Assembly: GCA_043821265.1 (NCBI GenBank)
Contig: JBDRCY010000015.1
Location: 10,558 to 74,557 of the forward strand
DNA length: 64,000 nt
DNA from: Chloroflexota bacterium
Lineage (GTDB): Bacteria; Chloroflexota; Dehalococcoidia; Dehalococcoidales; JBDRCY01
Direction: 5' to 3'
Below, one piece after another: positions 49,401-63,420 of this stretch. Under the pieces are notes generated by a model, which was not told where the DNA came from, made no database searches, and was given only the letters and a program-made list of their open reading frames with translations. Within the stretch, counting starts at the first letter, position 1. Every line of letters begins with the position of its first letter. The position numbers were made by a program, and so were the translations under genes.

Positions 49401-50336
49401 ATGCAAGTCGAGGAAGAGTTAGGTTTATTCCTACCGCCACAGGATATGGTGCTTACCATCGGGGTCTTCGATGGGGTCCACCTCGGTCATCAATACCTGC
49501 TGGCGCAGTTAAAGGAGCAGGCCCTCAAGGAGAAGCTGATTACCGGGGTGGTCACCTTCAGCCAGCACCCGCAGAAACTACTGTCGCCGCAAACCGAACT
49601 CCCCTTCCTAACCAACCTCACGCAACGCATCGCCCTCCTCAAAGAGCAAGGGGTTGATGCGGTTATCCCGCTGTCCTTCACACCGGAGTTAGCCCGGCTA
49701 AGCCCCCGCCGCTTCCTGGCCCTGCTCAAGCGATACCTCAGAATGCGGGGACTGGTGATTGGGCCTGATTTTGCCCTGGGCCAGGGCCGCGAAGGCAATA
49801 TCGATACCCTCCATAAGCTGGGCCAGGAAATGGGCTTCAGCGTAAGGGTAGTGCCACCGGTAAGGATAAAGGGCGAGGTGGTCAGCAGCACGGCCATCAG
49901 ACAGGCCATAGCCAGCGGGGATATGAAAAGGGTACTTGAGCTAACGGGACGCTTCTTCAGCCTCCAGGGACAGGTAATCACCGGCTCCAGCCGGGGCCGG
50001 GACCTGGGCTTCCCCACCGCTAACCTCAAAATAAGTCCCGAACAGGCGCTCCCGGCCGACGGCGTTTACGCCACCCGCGCCTATATCGGCGACAAAATAT
50101 ACCACTCGACAACCAATATCGGTAGCTGTCCCACCTTCGGCGGCAGTGAATGTACGGTAGAGATTCATATTATTGACTATAATAGCGACCTCTATGGACA
50201 AGAACTGAAAATTGCTATAATAGAGCGACTGCGTGGTGAGAGCAAATTCGACACTGCCGCCGCATTAAAAAAGCAGATAGCCCAGGATATAGACATAACC
50301 CGGAGCATATTAAACGACGAGGACAGTGCTAAATGA
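49401..50336 (+). CDS. ribF: Bifunctional riboflavin kinase / FMN adenylyltransferase
   Basis: 311 aa. IGVFDGVHLGHQ, ...GFPTANL, ...VE.HI.D...DLYG. Confidence 0.92.
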   Translation: MQVEEELGLFLPPQDMVLTIGVFDGVHLGHQYLLAQLKEQALKEKLITGVVTFSQHPQKLLSPQTELPFLTNLTQRIALLKEQGVDAVIPLSFTPELARLSPRRFLALLKRYLRMRGLVIGPDFALGQGREGNIDTLHKLGQEMGFSVRVVPPVRIKGEVVSSTAIRQAIASGDMKRVLELTGRFFSLQGQVITGSSRGRDLGFPTANLKISPEQALPADGVYATRAYIGDKIYHSTTNIGSCPTFGGSECTVEIHIIDYNSDLYGQELKIAIIERLRGESKFDTAAALKKQIAQDIDITRSILNDEDSAK

Positions 50337-51550
50337 GCCAGAAGGCCTCCAATCCGGACTTCTCTCACCTGCTTAAGCGAGGGGTAGCCGAAATTATAGT
50401 CGAGGCAGAGATGAGCCGGCTGCTACACTCGGGCAAGAGGCTGCGGCTAAAAGAGGGTTTTGACCCCAGCTTCCCCGATATTCACCTGGGACACATGGTA
50501 GCCTTGAGGAAGCTACGCCAGTTCCAGGACCTGGGGCATCAGGTCGTCCTTATCGTCGGCGACTGGACAGCCCAGATTGGCGACCCCAGCGGCGTCTCCG
50601 TCACCCGACCCATGCTCTCCCCGGAGCAGGTAAAGGCCAATGCGGAAACCTACATGCAGCAGTTCTTCAAGGTGGTCGATAAGGGCAAAACAGAGGTAAG
50701 ATGGCAGAGCGAGTGGTTCGAGCCTTTCACCCTGGCCGATGTTATCAAGCTCACCAGCAAGTTCACCGTAGCCCAACTGCTGGCCCGCGAGGACTTCAGC
50801 AACCGCTACACCGCAGGACGTCCCATCGCCGTGACCGAGCTATTATACCCCCTGCTTCAAGCCTATGACTCGGTAGCCGTAAAGGCCGACGTCGAATTCG
50901 GGGGCACCGACCAGAAATTCAATTTGCTGGTGGGCCGGGAGCTGCAATCCACGGCGGGCCAAACCCCCCAGCAAATCTTCCTGGTTCCCCTGCTCATCGG
51001 CACCGATGGCTCTCAGAAGATGAGTAAATCACTGGGTAACTACATCGGCGTTGCCGAGCCGCCCCAAGAAATATACGGCAAGGTGATGTCCATCCCCGAT
51101 AGCCTCATCCTGCAATATTTCGAGCTGGTAACCGACGCCCCCGATGAGGAACTGGCTGAATTTAAGCATGAATTAGAGGATGGGACCACCAATCCCATGT
51201 TACTCAAGAAGCGCCTGGCCAGGGAGATTATCATACAGCTCCATGACCGTAAGGCAGCCGAAGGGGCCGAAGAGCACTTTAACCGGGTATTTCAAAAAAA
51301 GGAACTGCCCCAGGAAATAGCAGAATACCGGGTTTCCTTGAGCACCTCCAATAGTATTCGGGATATACTGGTACAAACCAACCTGGCCGGTAGCGCCAGC
51401 GAAGCCGCCCGCCTAATCAGTCAGGGAGCGGTGAAGATAGACGGTAAAAGGGTATCGGGCAAGTCAGACCCCGTCAAAAGTGGTAATATTATAAGTGTCG
51501 GCCGACGGCACTTCGCCAGGGTGATTGATTCTTCTGGACGAGGCGAGTAA
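50333..51550 (+). CDS. tyrS: Tyrosine--tRNA ligase
   Basis: 405 aa. HIGH-type DIHLGH, KMSKS present, C-terminal S4-like domain. 4-nt overlap with ribF. Confidence 0.93.
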   Translation: MSQKASNPDFSHLLKRGVAEIIVEAEMSRLLHSGKRLRLKEGFDPSFPDIHLGHMVALRKLRQFQDLGHQVVLIVGDWTAQIGDPSGVSVTRPMLSPEQVKANAETYMQQFFKVVDKGKTEVRWQSEWFEPFTLADVIKLTSKFTVAQLLAREDFSNRYTAGRPIAVTELLYPLLQAYDSVAVKADVEFGGTDQKFNLLVGRELQSTAGQTPQQIFLVPLLIGTDGSQKMSKSLGNYIGVAEPPQEIYGKVMSIPDSLILQYFELVTDAPDEELAEFKHELEDGTTNPMLLKKRLAREIIIQLHDRKAAEGAEEHFNRVFQKKELPQEIAEYRVSLSTSNSIRDILVQTNLAGSASEAARLISQGAVKIDGKRVSGKSDPVKSGNIISVGRRHFARVIDSSGRGE

Positions 51551-51561
51551 AGGAGAAAGAA

Positions 51562-52647
51562 ATGGAGCTACGTATTCCCGGGCCTACCCCCTTACCCGAT
51601 GAGGTCCTCAAGATAATGGGCCGGCAGATGATAAGTCACCGGGGTGAGGAATTTCAGCAGATACTGAGGGGAGTAATAGCCGACCTGAAACAGCTGTTTC
51701 AGACCCAGAACGATATTTTCGTGCTCACCGGCTCGGGAACCGGTGGCCTGGAGGCCGCCATCGTTAATACCCTATCCCCGGGAGACCAGGTATTATCGGT
51801 ATCCATCGGCGTTTTCGGGGAACGCTTTGCCACCATCGCCGAGCATTTTGGCGCCGAGGTAATACCCCTGCACTTTGAATGGGGCACCGCTGCCGATGCC
51901 GATGCCGTGCGCCAGGCCCTCCGGGACAGGCCCCAAATCAAGGCGGTGCTTCTCACCCATAACGAGACCTCCACCGGCGTCACCAATGACCTGGCCCACA
52001 TCAGCTCGGTGGTAAAGGAACTCGGTACATTGCTGCTGGTGGACGCCATCAGCAGTATCGGCTCCATCAACCTTCCCATGGACGAATGGCTTTGCGATGT
52101 TATCGTTACCGGCTCCCAGAAGGGGTGGATGGCGCCCCCCGGTGTGGCCATGGTGGCGGTAAGCCCCCGGGCCTGGCAGGCACATGCCGAGGCTAAAATG
52201 CCCCGTTTCTACTGGGACTTCACCCGGGCCAGAAGCTACCTGGAAAAGGGTCAAACGCCCTGGACGCCATCGATTACCCCCATATTCGCACTATCCCAGT
52301 CGCTTACCATGATGCTGGCGGAGGGTCTACCCCATATCCTCGCCCGGCATGCCCGGATTAGCCAGGCAGCCCGGGACGGGGTAAAATCGCTGGGGTTATC
52401 CCTTTTCGCCGACGAAAAATATGCCTCTAACACGGTCACCGCCGTCAGGGTTCCCGACGGGCTGGACATTAAGAGAATGCTTAGAATCATGAGGGAAGAG
52501 CACCACATCGTGCTCAGCGGCGGGCAGCAGAAATTGGACGGCCAGATATTCCGTATCGGCCACCTGGGATGGGTAACCGAAGAGGACATCAAGCTGGTAA
52601 TAGCGGCACTGAAAGTAGCGCTACCCAAGGCGGGGTATAAACAATGA
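51562..52647 (+). CDS. Class V pyridoxal-phosphate aminotransferase (serine-glyoxylate/phosphoserine aminotransferase-like)
   Basis: 361 aa. GSGTGGLEAA, ..TGSQKGWMAPPG (the PLP lysine). Translationally coupled to serA. Confidence 0.8.
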   Translation: MELRIPGPTPLPDEVLKIMGRQMISHRGEEFQQILRGVIADLKQLFQTQNDIFVLTGSGTGGLEAAIVNTLSPGDQVLSVSIGVFGERFATIAEHFGAEVIPLHFEWGTAADADAVRQALRDRPQIKAVLLTHNETSTGVTNDLAHISSVVKELGTLLLVDAISSIGSINLPMDEWLCDVIVTGSQKGWMAPPGVAMVAVSPRAWQAHAEAKMPRFYWDFTRARSYLEKGQTPWTPSITPIFALSQSLTMMLAEGLPHILARHARISQAARDGVKSLGLSLFADEKYASNTVTAVRVPDGLDIKRMLRIMREEHHIVLSGGQQKLDGQIFRIGHLGWVTEEDIKLVIAALKVALPKAGYKQ

Positions 52648-54218
52648 AAATCCTGATAGCCGATTCTATCTCCGATGAGGGCATTGAGTTCCTGCGCAGC
52701 CACGCCCAGGTAGATATAAAGCCGGGGCTCGGGCCAGCCGAACTCGTCGCCACTATCGGTGATTACGAAGCCCTGATAGTGCGCAGCCAAACGCAGGTCT
52801 CAGCCCAGGTGATAGCCGCCGGCAATAAGCTACAGGTAATTGGCCGGGCCGGCGTGGGCGTGGACAATATCGATATTGACGAGGCGACCAGACGAGGCAT
52901 TGTCGTGGTCAATGCCCCCAGCGGCAATATTATCTCGGCTGCGGAGCATGCCATCGCCCTCATGCTCTCCCTGGCCCGTAATATCCCCCAGGCCAACGCC
53001 ATGCTCAAGTCCGGGGTATGGCAGCGCAAAGAGTTTATGGGCACCGAGATAAGGGAAAAGACGCTGGGTATTATCGGCCTGGGCAATGTCGGTTCCGAGG
53101 TAGCCAGACGCACCCGGGGACTGGGCATGAACCTGCTGGCCTATGACCCTTTCATTGCCACCGACCATGCCCGTAACCTGCAGGTAGAGATTGTTTCCCT
53201 AAAGCAACTGCTCAAGGAATCGGACTTCATCACCCTCCACCTGCCACTGACCGAATCGACGAAGGGGCTAATCGGCGCCAAGGAGCTTAAACTGGTCAAG
53301 CCAACGCTACGCCTGATTAACTGCGCCCGGGGCGGGCTAATCGATGAAGAGGCCCTGACCACGGCCATAAGAGAGAAGAGAATCGCCGGTGCCGCCATAG
53401 ACGTCTTCACCACCGAGCCAACTACCGAGAGCATCCTGTTCGCCGAGAACAACATTATCGTCACCCCACACCTAGGGGCCTCCACCAGCGAGGCCCAGGC
53501 TGCCGCCGCCAAGGAAATAGCCCGGGAGGTAATCGAGGTACTCCAGGGACACCCGGCCCGACATACCGTCAACGCCCCGTTCATCTCCGCCGAAGTCCTG
53601 CCGGTACTGGCCCCCTTTATCAATACCGCCTCAATCGTGGGCAAGCTGGCCTCCCAGCTGGCCGAAGGACAGGCCAGCGCCATCCGCATCAAGTACGACG
53701 GCGAGATTGCCAACTATGACACCAATGCCATCAAGGCAACCGTCCTGGGTGGGCTGCTCAATGAGATAAGCGAGGAGCGCGTCAACCTGGTTAACGCCAA
53801 CCTGGTAGCTGCCCAGCGGGGACTCACCGTAGTGGAACAGAAGGAGACCACCTGCGAAAACTACAGCAGCCTGATTACCATGGAGGTGACCACCACTGCC
53901 GGGGCCACCACGGTGGCGGGAACGGTAATGCGTGGGGAATCACATATCGTTAAGGTCAATGACTACTGGATTGACATCGTGCCCACCGGTGGCTATTTCC
54001 TGTTCAGCCATCACCGTGACCGTCCCGGGCTTATCGGCGCCGTGGGCAAGATAACCGGCGATGCCGATATCAATATCAGCTACATGCACCTGAGCCGACT
54101 CAAGGCCAGGGGAGAGGCTCTAATGGTGCTGGCCCTGGACGAGCCTCTACCGGAAAAGCAGCTCCAGGAAATACTGGCCCTTCCCGACGTCTATAGCGCT
54201 AAAATAGTAAAGCCGTAA
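52644..54218 (+). CDS. serA: D-3-phosphoglycerate dehydrogenase (long form with ASB and ACT domains)
   Basis: 524 aa. GIIGLGNVGSEVARR, NCARGGLIDE, TPHLGAST, C-terminal ACT-like region. Confidence 0.92.
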   Translation: MKILIADSISDEGIEFLRSHAQVDIKPGLGPAELVATIGDYEALIVRSQTQVSAQVIAAGNKLQVIGRAGVGVDNIDIDEATRRGIVVVNAPSGNIISAAEHAIALMLSLARNIPQANAMLKSGVWQRKEFMGTEIREKTLGIIGLGNVGSEVARRTRGLGMNLLAYDPFIATDHARNLQVEIVSLKQLLKESDFITLHLPLTESTKGLIGAKELKLVKPTLRLINCARGGLIDEEALTTAIREKRIAGAAIDVFTTEPTTESILFAENNIIVTPHLGASTSEAQAAAAKEIAREVIEVLQGHPARHTVNAPFISAEVLPVLAPFINTASIVGKLASQLAEGQASAIRIKYDGEIANYDTNAIKATVLGGLLNEISEERVNLVNANLVAAQRGLTVVEQKETTCENYSSLITMEVTTTAGATTVAGTVMRGESHIVKVNDYWIDIVPTGGYFLFSHHRDRPGLIGAVGKITGDADINISYMHLSRLKARGEALMVLALDEPLPEKQLQEILALPDVYSAKIVKP

Positions 54219-54245
54219 AGAAAACGGAAGTGATAGCCGTAGTCC

Positions 54246-55562
54246 CTACCCCACCCGACTGAAGACCAGCCCCGCCGGCAGCTTGGGATGGAAATAGGTG
54301 GACTTGCCGGGCATCCGCTCCCCGGTATCGGCCATCGCCTTTATCACTCCCACCTTAACCGGACTCAGGAGAAAGGCCAGCTGGTATTCCCCATCCATCA
54401 CCCGGCTCACCGCATCCTGGCTATCAGCGTTATAGGCCAGGAGTGCCTCGCCCTGGCGGCTGCGGTCGAGCCCCAGAAACTCCTCCAGGATAACATGGTC
54501 GATGATACTTACATCCAGACTCTTGTACTGCTCGGAATGAAAATAGGGTATTATCTGGCTGACAGTGGCCCGGTCACGCAGCGCCAGCGTCAGAACCTGC
54601 CCCGGCACCAGGCCCAGAATGGCCAGTTTAACCCGGTCTCCTTCACCGCTCAGCCACTGGCCAACTCGCTGCCAGACGCCAGCCGTCTCCAGAGGCAGCT
54701 CCTCCACATCGAATAACTGCCCTAACTTACCGGCCAGTTCTGCCAGGTTGGCCCGCGATATACCACGAACCAGGCGATGCGGGGGCAGCACCACCAGCCC
54801 AGGGTCGGCAAAGTCCACCAGCGTCATCATCACGAAATTATAGGCCTCATCCTCCGACGGTGATGCGGCACCGGCGCGCCGCTCACGCTGATAAGTCAGA
54901 GCACTTTCATAACGGTGATGGCCATCGGCAATATAGACCGGCTGGTCCGCCAGGCAAGCACTTATCCGGGCGATAATCTCCGGCTCGGTAATAGCCCGGA
55001 CCTCGTGACGCTCCCCGCCGGCCTCGCTCAAAGCAAGTACCGGCCTATCCCTCTCCTTGAGTGCCAGCAGCGCCGCGATTTTCTGCTCACTGTCGGCAAA
55101 GAGGGCCATAATGGGGCTGGTATTGACCCCCAGCGCCCACAGCAGGTTCAAGCGGTCGCTCCTAGGCTGGGCCAGGGTAGCCTCATGGGGACGAACCACC
55201 ATCTTATCCCATTCCTCCAGGCGAACACTCACAGTCATACCCCGGCGCCGGTACTGCCTGCCCTGATAACTATAATAGTGGTCGTGGATGTAGATGGCCG
55301 GCCCCTCATCGACCACCACCATACCCTGCTCGAGCCAACCCTTCAGGGTAAGCGCCGAACGGGTATATTTATTGTCCTCCGACGTATCCTGAGGCAACTG
55401 CCGGCCATACTCCACCCGGACGAAATTATACGGGCTGCGCTCGCGAAGCTCCTGCTCCATTGCCGGTGGGATAATATCGTATGGGGGGCAGATAACCTTA
55501 GATAAGTCCTCAACCAAGAGCGGATTATAGTGAATGCCGGGAAAGGGGCGAATCTCAGCCAC
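54246..55562 (-). CDS. DUF1015 family protein
   Basis: 438 aa with a GTG start. IRPF.GIHYNP... at the N-terminus, and the ADGHHRYESAL motif is characteristic of DUF1015. Confidence 0.8.
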   Translation of the reverse strand: MAEIRPFPGIHYNPLLVEDLSKVICPPYDIIPPAMEQELRERSPYNFVRVEYGRQLPQDTSEDNKYTRSALTLKGWLEQGMVVVDEGPAIYIHDHYYSYQGRQYRRRGMTVSVRLEEWDKMVVRPHEATLAQPRSDRLNLLWALGVNTSPIMALFADSEQKIAALLALKERDRPVLALSEAGGERHEVRAITEPEIIARISACLADQPVYIADGHHRYESALTYQRERRAGAASPSEDEAYNFVMMTLVDFADPGLVVLPPHRLVRGISRANLAELAGKLGQLFDVEELPLETAGVWQRVGQWLSGEGDRVKLAILGLVPGQVLTLALRDRATVSQIIPYFHSEQYKSLDVSIIDHVILEEFLGLDRSRQGEALLAYNADSQDAVSRVMDGEYQLAFLLSPVKVGVIKAMADTGERMPGKSTYFHPKLPAGLVFSRVG

Positions 55563-55650
55563 AGTTATCCCGTCCTTTGCCTATGGAATATAGCAGGGTT
55601 CATCAAATCACCTTAGTTTACCGTATGAAGAGAGGAGGGGGCAAGTTTAA

Positions 55651-57804
<2,154 letters not shown>

Positions 57805-57805
57805 C

Positions 57806-58384
57806 ATGAAATTAATCGTGGGTCTGGGTAACCCGGGGCTTAGTTACGCCCATAACCGCCATAATATCGGCTTTATCTGCCTGAGGCATTTCGCCCGAAA
57901 GCAGGGCATCAAATTCGACAGTAAAAAATGCCAGGCCCGCATCGGCACCGGCAAGGTGACCCAAAGCCCGGTGGTGCTGGCCCGGCCGCAGACCTATATG
58001 AACCTGAGCGGACAATCGGTGAGCCGGCTGGTCGATAAATTCGGCATCGAACCCGATAGCCTCCTCGTCATCCACGATGACCTCGACCTCCCCCCGGGCA
58101 AAATCCGCATCTCCCGCGGCAGCGGCTCCGGCGGGCATCAGGGCATTGCCTCCATCATCAGCTGGCTTAACAGCCCGGACTTTACCCGCATTCGCGTGGG
58201 TATCGGACGGCCCCAGGGCAACGAGGATACCGGGGACAGCGAGGCCGCCATTATCAACTACGTCTTGAGCGATTTCACCCCCGGGGAAAAGAAGGCCCTG
58301 CACCAGGTCATACCCCGGGTGAGCGACGCCATCTACTGCCTGCTCACCGAGGGCACGGCGGCAGCTATGAACCGCTATAACTAA
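57806..58384 (+). CDS. pth: Peptidyl-tRNA hydrolase
   Basis: MKLIVGLGNPG..Y..NRHNIGF. Starts 2 nt after the ligA stop. The longer ORF-track start overlaps ligA and is rejected. Confidence 0.92.
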   Translation: MKLIVGLGNPGLSYAHNRHNIGFICLRHFARKQGIKFDSKKCQARIGTGKVTQSPVVLARPQTYMNLSGQSVSRLVDKFGIEPDSLLVIHDDLDLPPGKIRISRGSGSGGHQGIASIISWLNSPDFTRIRVGIGRPQGNEDTGDSEAAIINYVLSDFTPGEKKALHQVIPRVSDAIYCLLTEGTAAAMNRYN

Positions 58385-58416
58385 GCGGGCCTCTACCACC
58401 TCACCCCTACCGGCTG

Positions 58417-58444
58417 GCCGGGGGAACCCGGCTATTTACTCTTT
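58417..58444 (+). terminator. Terminator-like hairpin after pth (GCCGGG-GGAA-CCCGGC followed by TATTTACTCTTT)
   Basis: 6-bp GC stem and a GGAA loop followed by a T-rich tail, read directly. Confidence 0.45.
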
Positions 58445-58471
58445 GCCAGTTACCCGACCCGGTGCTATAAT
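58443..58471 (+). promoter_or_regulatory. Candidate promoter for the TIGR00725-like gene and eno (-35 TTGCCA, 17-nt spacer, extended -10 TGcTATAAT)
   Basis: TTGCCA at 58443-58448 and TATAAT at 58466-58471, preceded by TGc. Confidence 0.55.
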
Positions 58472-58502
58472 CCCCATAGCCAACTAATTAACGGTAGCGA
58501 AT

Positions 58503-58993
58503 ATGAGCACAGAGAAGAAACTGATAGCCGTTATCGGCGGCAGCCAGCCATCAGACAAGGAAGCCCGGCTGGCCGAGAGGAGGTAGGCCGCCAGCTCGCC
58601 CGGAGGGGAGCCGTCCTGGTCTGTGGCGGGCTGGGCGGGGTGATGGAAGCCGCCTGCAAGGGAGCCAGTGCGGAGGGTGGCCTGACCATCGGCATCCTGC
58701 CCGGGGAAAACCGCCGCGCGGCCAACCCCTATGTCCACCTTCCCATCGTCACCGGCATCGGCTATGCCCGAAACGTGGCCGTGGTCAAATCGGCCCGGGC
58801 GGTTATCGCGGTGGGGGGCAGCTACGGCACCCTCTCCGAGATAAGCCATGCCCTCCAGAGCGGTATTCCCGTTATCGGCCTCGCCACCTGGTCCATCGCT
58901 AAAAACAAGAAGGAAGACAACTCCATTATCCGGGCGGAAGACGCCGCCGAAGCGGTAGAGACGGCCCTCGGCCTTATCGCCGACGAAGCCTGA
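58503..58993 (+). pseudogene. TIGR00725/LOG-like Rossmann-fold protein interrupted by an apparent 1-nt deletion near 58575-58580
   Basis: ATG 58503 encodes MSTEKKLIAVIGGSQPSDKEARLAERR*, with the stop at 58584. Shifting the frame by one base gives ..EEVGRQLARRGAVLVCGGLGGVMEAACKGA.., which joins ORF 58640-58993 (GGLTIGILP...AVIAVGGSYGTLSE). Confidence 0.7.
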
Positions 58994-59008
58994 ATTAAAT
59001 TATCTTGA

Positions 59009-60313
<1,305 letters not shown>

Positions 60314-61309
60314 ATGACCGAAATTATACCGGGCATTTACCAGCTCAGGGTAGCCATACCGGTCAGCCCCCTGGCCTACGTTAATGCCTACCTGGTCAGG
60401 GGGAATAAGGGGCATCTCCTGGTTGACACCGGCTGGAACAGCGAGGAGTCTTTCGACTCGTTAAAAAAGCAGCTGGTCGAGATTGGCGTTAAACGGGAGG
60501 ATATCTCCCAGATAGTGGTCACCCACGTTCACCCCGACCATTACGGCCTGGCCGGCGGGCTGAGACAGCTCTCCCGGGGCACGCTGGCCCTGCACCACCT
60601 GGAGAAGGGCTTTATTGAATCCAGGTACGTAAATCCGGATAAACTCCTAAAGCAGATAGCCGATTGGTTAAGCGCTAACGGCACGCCAGCCGACGAGCTT
60701 ACCTACCTGCCCACCGCCTCCATGAAGTTAAAGAAATTCGTCATACCCTCCTCGCCCGATATCAACCTCCGCGGCGGCGAGATAATCTCAAGCGGCGACT
60801 TCCACTTCCAGGTGATATGGACACCGGGCCATTCGCGAGGGCATATAGCCCTGTATGAGCCAAGACAAAAGATTCTGCTCTCCGGAGACCACATCCTGCC
60901 CAATATCACCCCCAACATCAGCCGCCACCCCCAGTCCAGTGCCAATCCCCTGGGCGACTATCTGGCCTCACTCAACGAAATAAGAAAGCTGGATATCGCA
61001 CTCGTCCTGCCCGGACATGAGCACACCTTCAGCAATACCCGCCAGAGGATTGACGAGATTATCCAACATCACCGGCAACGGAACTCACAAATCCTGGAGA
61101 GTATAAAGGGCGAGTCGAAAACAGCCTACGGGATAGCCACCTCGGTTATCTGGAAGCAGGATACCGGGGGACTCGGCTGGAACAGGCTGTCGCCGTGGGA
61201 CAAGCGCATGGCGATAACGGAGACCCTGGCCCACCTGGAGGCGATGAGACACCAGAGAAAAGTAAGCAAATCCGTCCGGGATAGTGTAATATACTATCAG
61301 GCCACCTAG
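60314..61309 (+). CDS. MBL-fold metallo-hydrolase
   Basis: 331 aa. HxHxDH motif THVHPDHYG, later TPGHSRGH and GDH. Starts directly after the eno stop. Confidence 0.8.
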   Translation: MTEIIPGIYQLRVAIPVSPLAYVNAYLVRGNKGHLLVDTGWNSEESFDSLKKQLVEIGVKREDISQIVVTHVHPDHYGLAGGLRQLSRGTLALHHLEKGFIESRYVNPDKLLKQIADWLSANGTPADELTYLPTASMKLKKFVIPSSPDINLRGGEIISSGDFHFQVIWTPGHSRGHIALYEPRQKILLSGDHILPNITPNISRHPQSSANPLGDYLASLNEIRKLDIALVLPGHEHTFSNTRQRIDEIIQHHRQRNSQILESIKGESKTAYGIATSVIWKQDTGGLGWNRLSPWDKRMAITETLAHLEAMRHQRKVSKSVRDSVIYYQAT

Positions 61310-61339
61310 TGATAGCGCCGAGAAGGCAGGTAGAGCAAG

Positions 61340-62233
61340 ATGAAGATGCCCGACATAGCGGAGGAAACCGCCCGACCCATCAGCAAATGGACTTGCCATC
61401 AACTGGAGTGCTTCTCCGAGTACATCGCCGCCTACGCCAAAGCACAGAGGAAAGCCCGGCCCTGCTACCTGGAGCTCTATGCCGACAGCGGCAGCTGCCT
61501 GTGCCGGGGCACCGACTGCTGTATCGAAGGCGCGGCACCAAGGGCGCTGAAAACCGAGCCCAGGTTCAGTAGGTACATATTCGTGGTCAAAAATGCTAAG
61601 GAGGCCGAGAGCCTGAAGGCACTGACCGCAGCGCACAACAGCGATATCGAGATAATAATCGGCAGCCCCAACACCCAGAGGGTCATCCGCCGGGTCTTTG
61701 ACCTCATCCCCCGCACCGCCTCCACCTTCGCCTTCATCGACCACACCGGCTACCGGAAACTGCACTGGTCCACGCTTACGCAACTGGCCGCTCACGGGAC
61801 GGACTGGCAGGGCAACAAGATGGAGCTGCTGATAGTCTTCCCGCTGGAAATGGCCCTCATCCGTAACCTGATGCGCCCGGCAAGTAAGGCCGCCATCACC
61901 AAGTTCTACGGAAACCAGCTGTGGGAGGAGATTTGCAAGCAGCGCGCCCAGAACCGGATAGGCCTGGACGAAGCCCGGGATAGACTGGTCAAGCTGTTCA
62001 AGGCCGGGCTGAAGGGGCTGGGCTACCATAATGTTGCCGATTTAAAGCCCGTCTCCCCCATAAGCCACCCCTTCTATCACCTGATTCTGGCCAGTGATAC
62101 CGGCACCGGAGCCAGATTCCTCAAAGACGCCTGGGGCAAGCCCCGATACCTGCCCCTGCGAGCTATTCCACGATTAAGAAAAAACCACCTGAACAAAAAT
62201 TATGACCACTATACATTGAATAAAGTGCCCTGA
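61340..62233 (+). CDS. Hypothetical protein, TcmP-like (three-Cys-motif partner protein family) by N-terminal pattern; no partner gene present
   Basis: 297 aa. KWTCHQLECFSEYIAAYAKA....YLELYADSGS resembles, from memory, the W-T-x3-K/L...Y-x3-Y ... Y-I-D-x-F-A-G-x-G N-terminal pattern of TcmP proteins. Low confidence without an HMM search. Confidence 0.4.
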   Translation: MKMPDIAEETARPISKWTCHQLECFSEYIAAYAKAQRKARPCYLELYADSGSCLCRGTDCCIEGAAPRALKTEPRFSRYIFVVKNAKEAESLKALTAAHNSDIEIIIGSPNTQRVIRRVFDLIPRTASTFAFIDHTGYRKLHWSTLTQLAAHGTDWQGNKMELLIVFPLEMALIRNLMRPASKAAITKFYGNQLWEEICKQRAQNRIGLDEARDRLVKLFKAGLKGLGYHNVADLKPVSPISHPFYHLILASDTGTGARFLKDAWGKPRYLPLRAIPRLRKNHLNKNYDHYTLNKVP

Positions 62234-62245
62234 ATTGGTTATTAT
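62216..62245 (+). promoter_or_regulatory. Candidate gap promoter (-35 TTGAAT, 18-nt spacer, -10 TATTAT)
   Basis: Read directly in the AT-rich stretch overlapping the 3' end of the TcmP-like ORF. AAGGAGG lies 9 nt before the gap ATG. Confidence 0.4.
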
Positions 62246-62285
62246 AGATAGGGAGTAAGAGAAGGCGAAAAGGAGGTCTTTATAA

Positions 62286-63299
<1,014 letters not shown>

Positions 63300-63324
63300 A
63301 AAACCTTTCATTACCGTATCCCTT

Positions 63325-63360
63325 TTATCCTCCCCGGCACCGGGGAGGATAAATTCTTTA
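63325..63360 (+). terminator. Rho-independent terminator after gap (13-nt arms TTATCCTCCCCGG / CCGGGGAGGATAA followed by ATTCTTTAT)
   Basis: Perfect inverted repeat 63325-63337 / 63340-63352 with a T-rich tail, read directly. Confidence 0.55.
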
Positions 63361-63420
63361 TAGGGACATAGCCAAACACAAGGGCCCGGTGAAGGGTAGC
63401 GGAACCCTCTTTAGCTATCC

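Noticed and set aside
61085-62029. 314-aa minus-strand ORF spanning the MBL hydrolase / TcmP-like boundary
   Set aside because: It crosses an intergenic gap and two plus-strand genes, and its composition is typical of an antisense frame (G/P/L/Q/V-rich). No RBS or motif is present.
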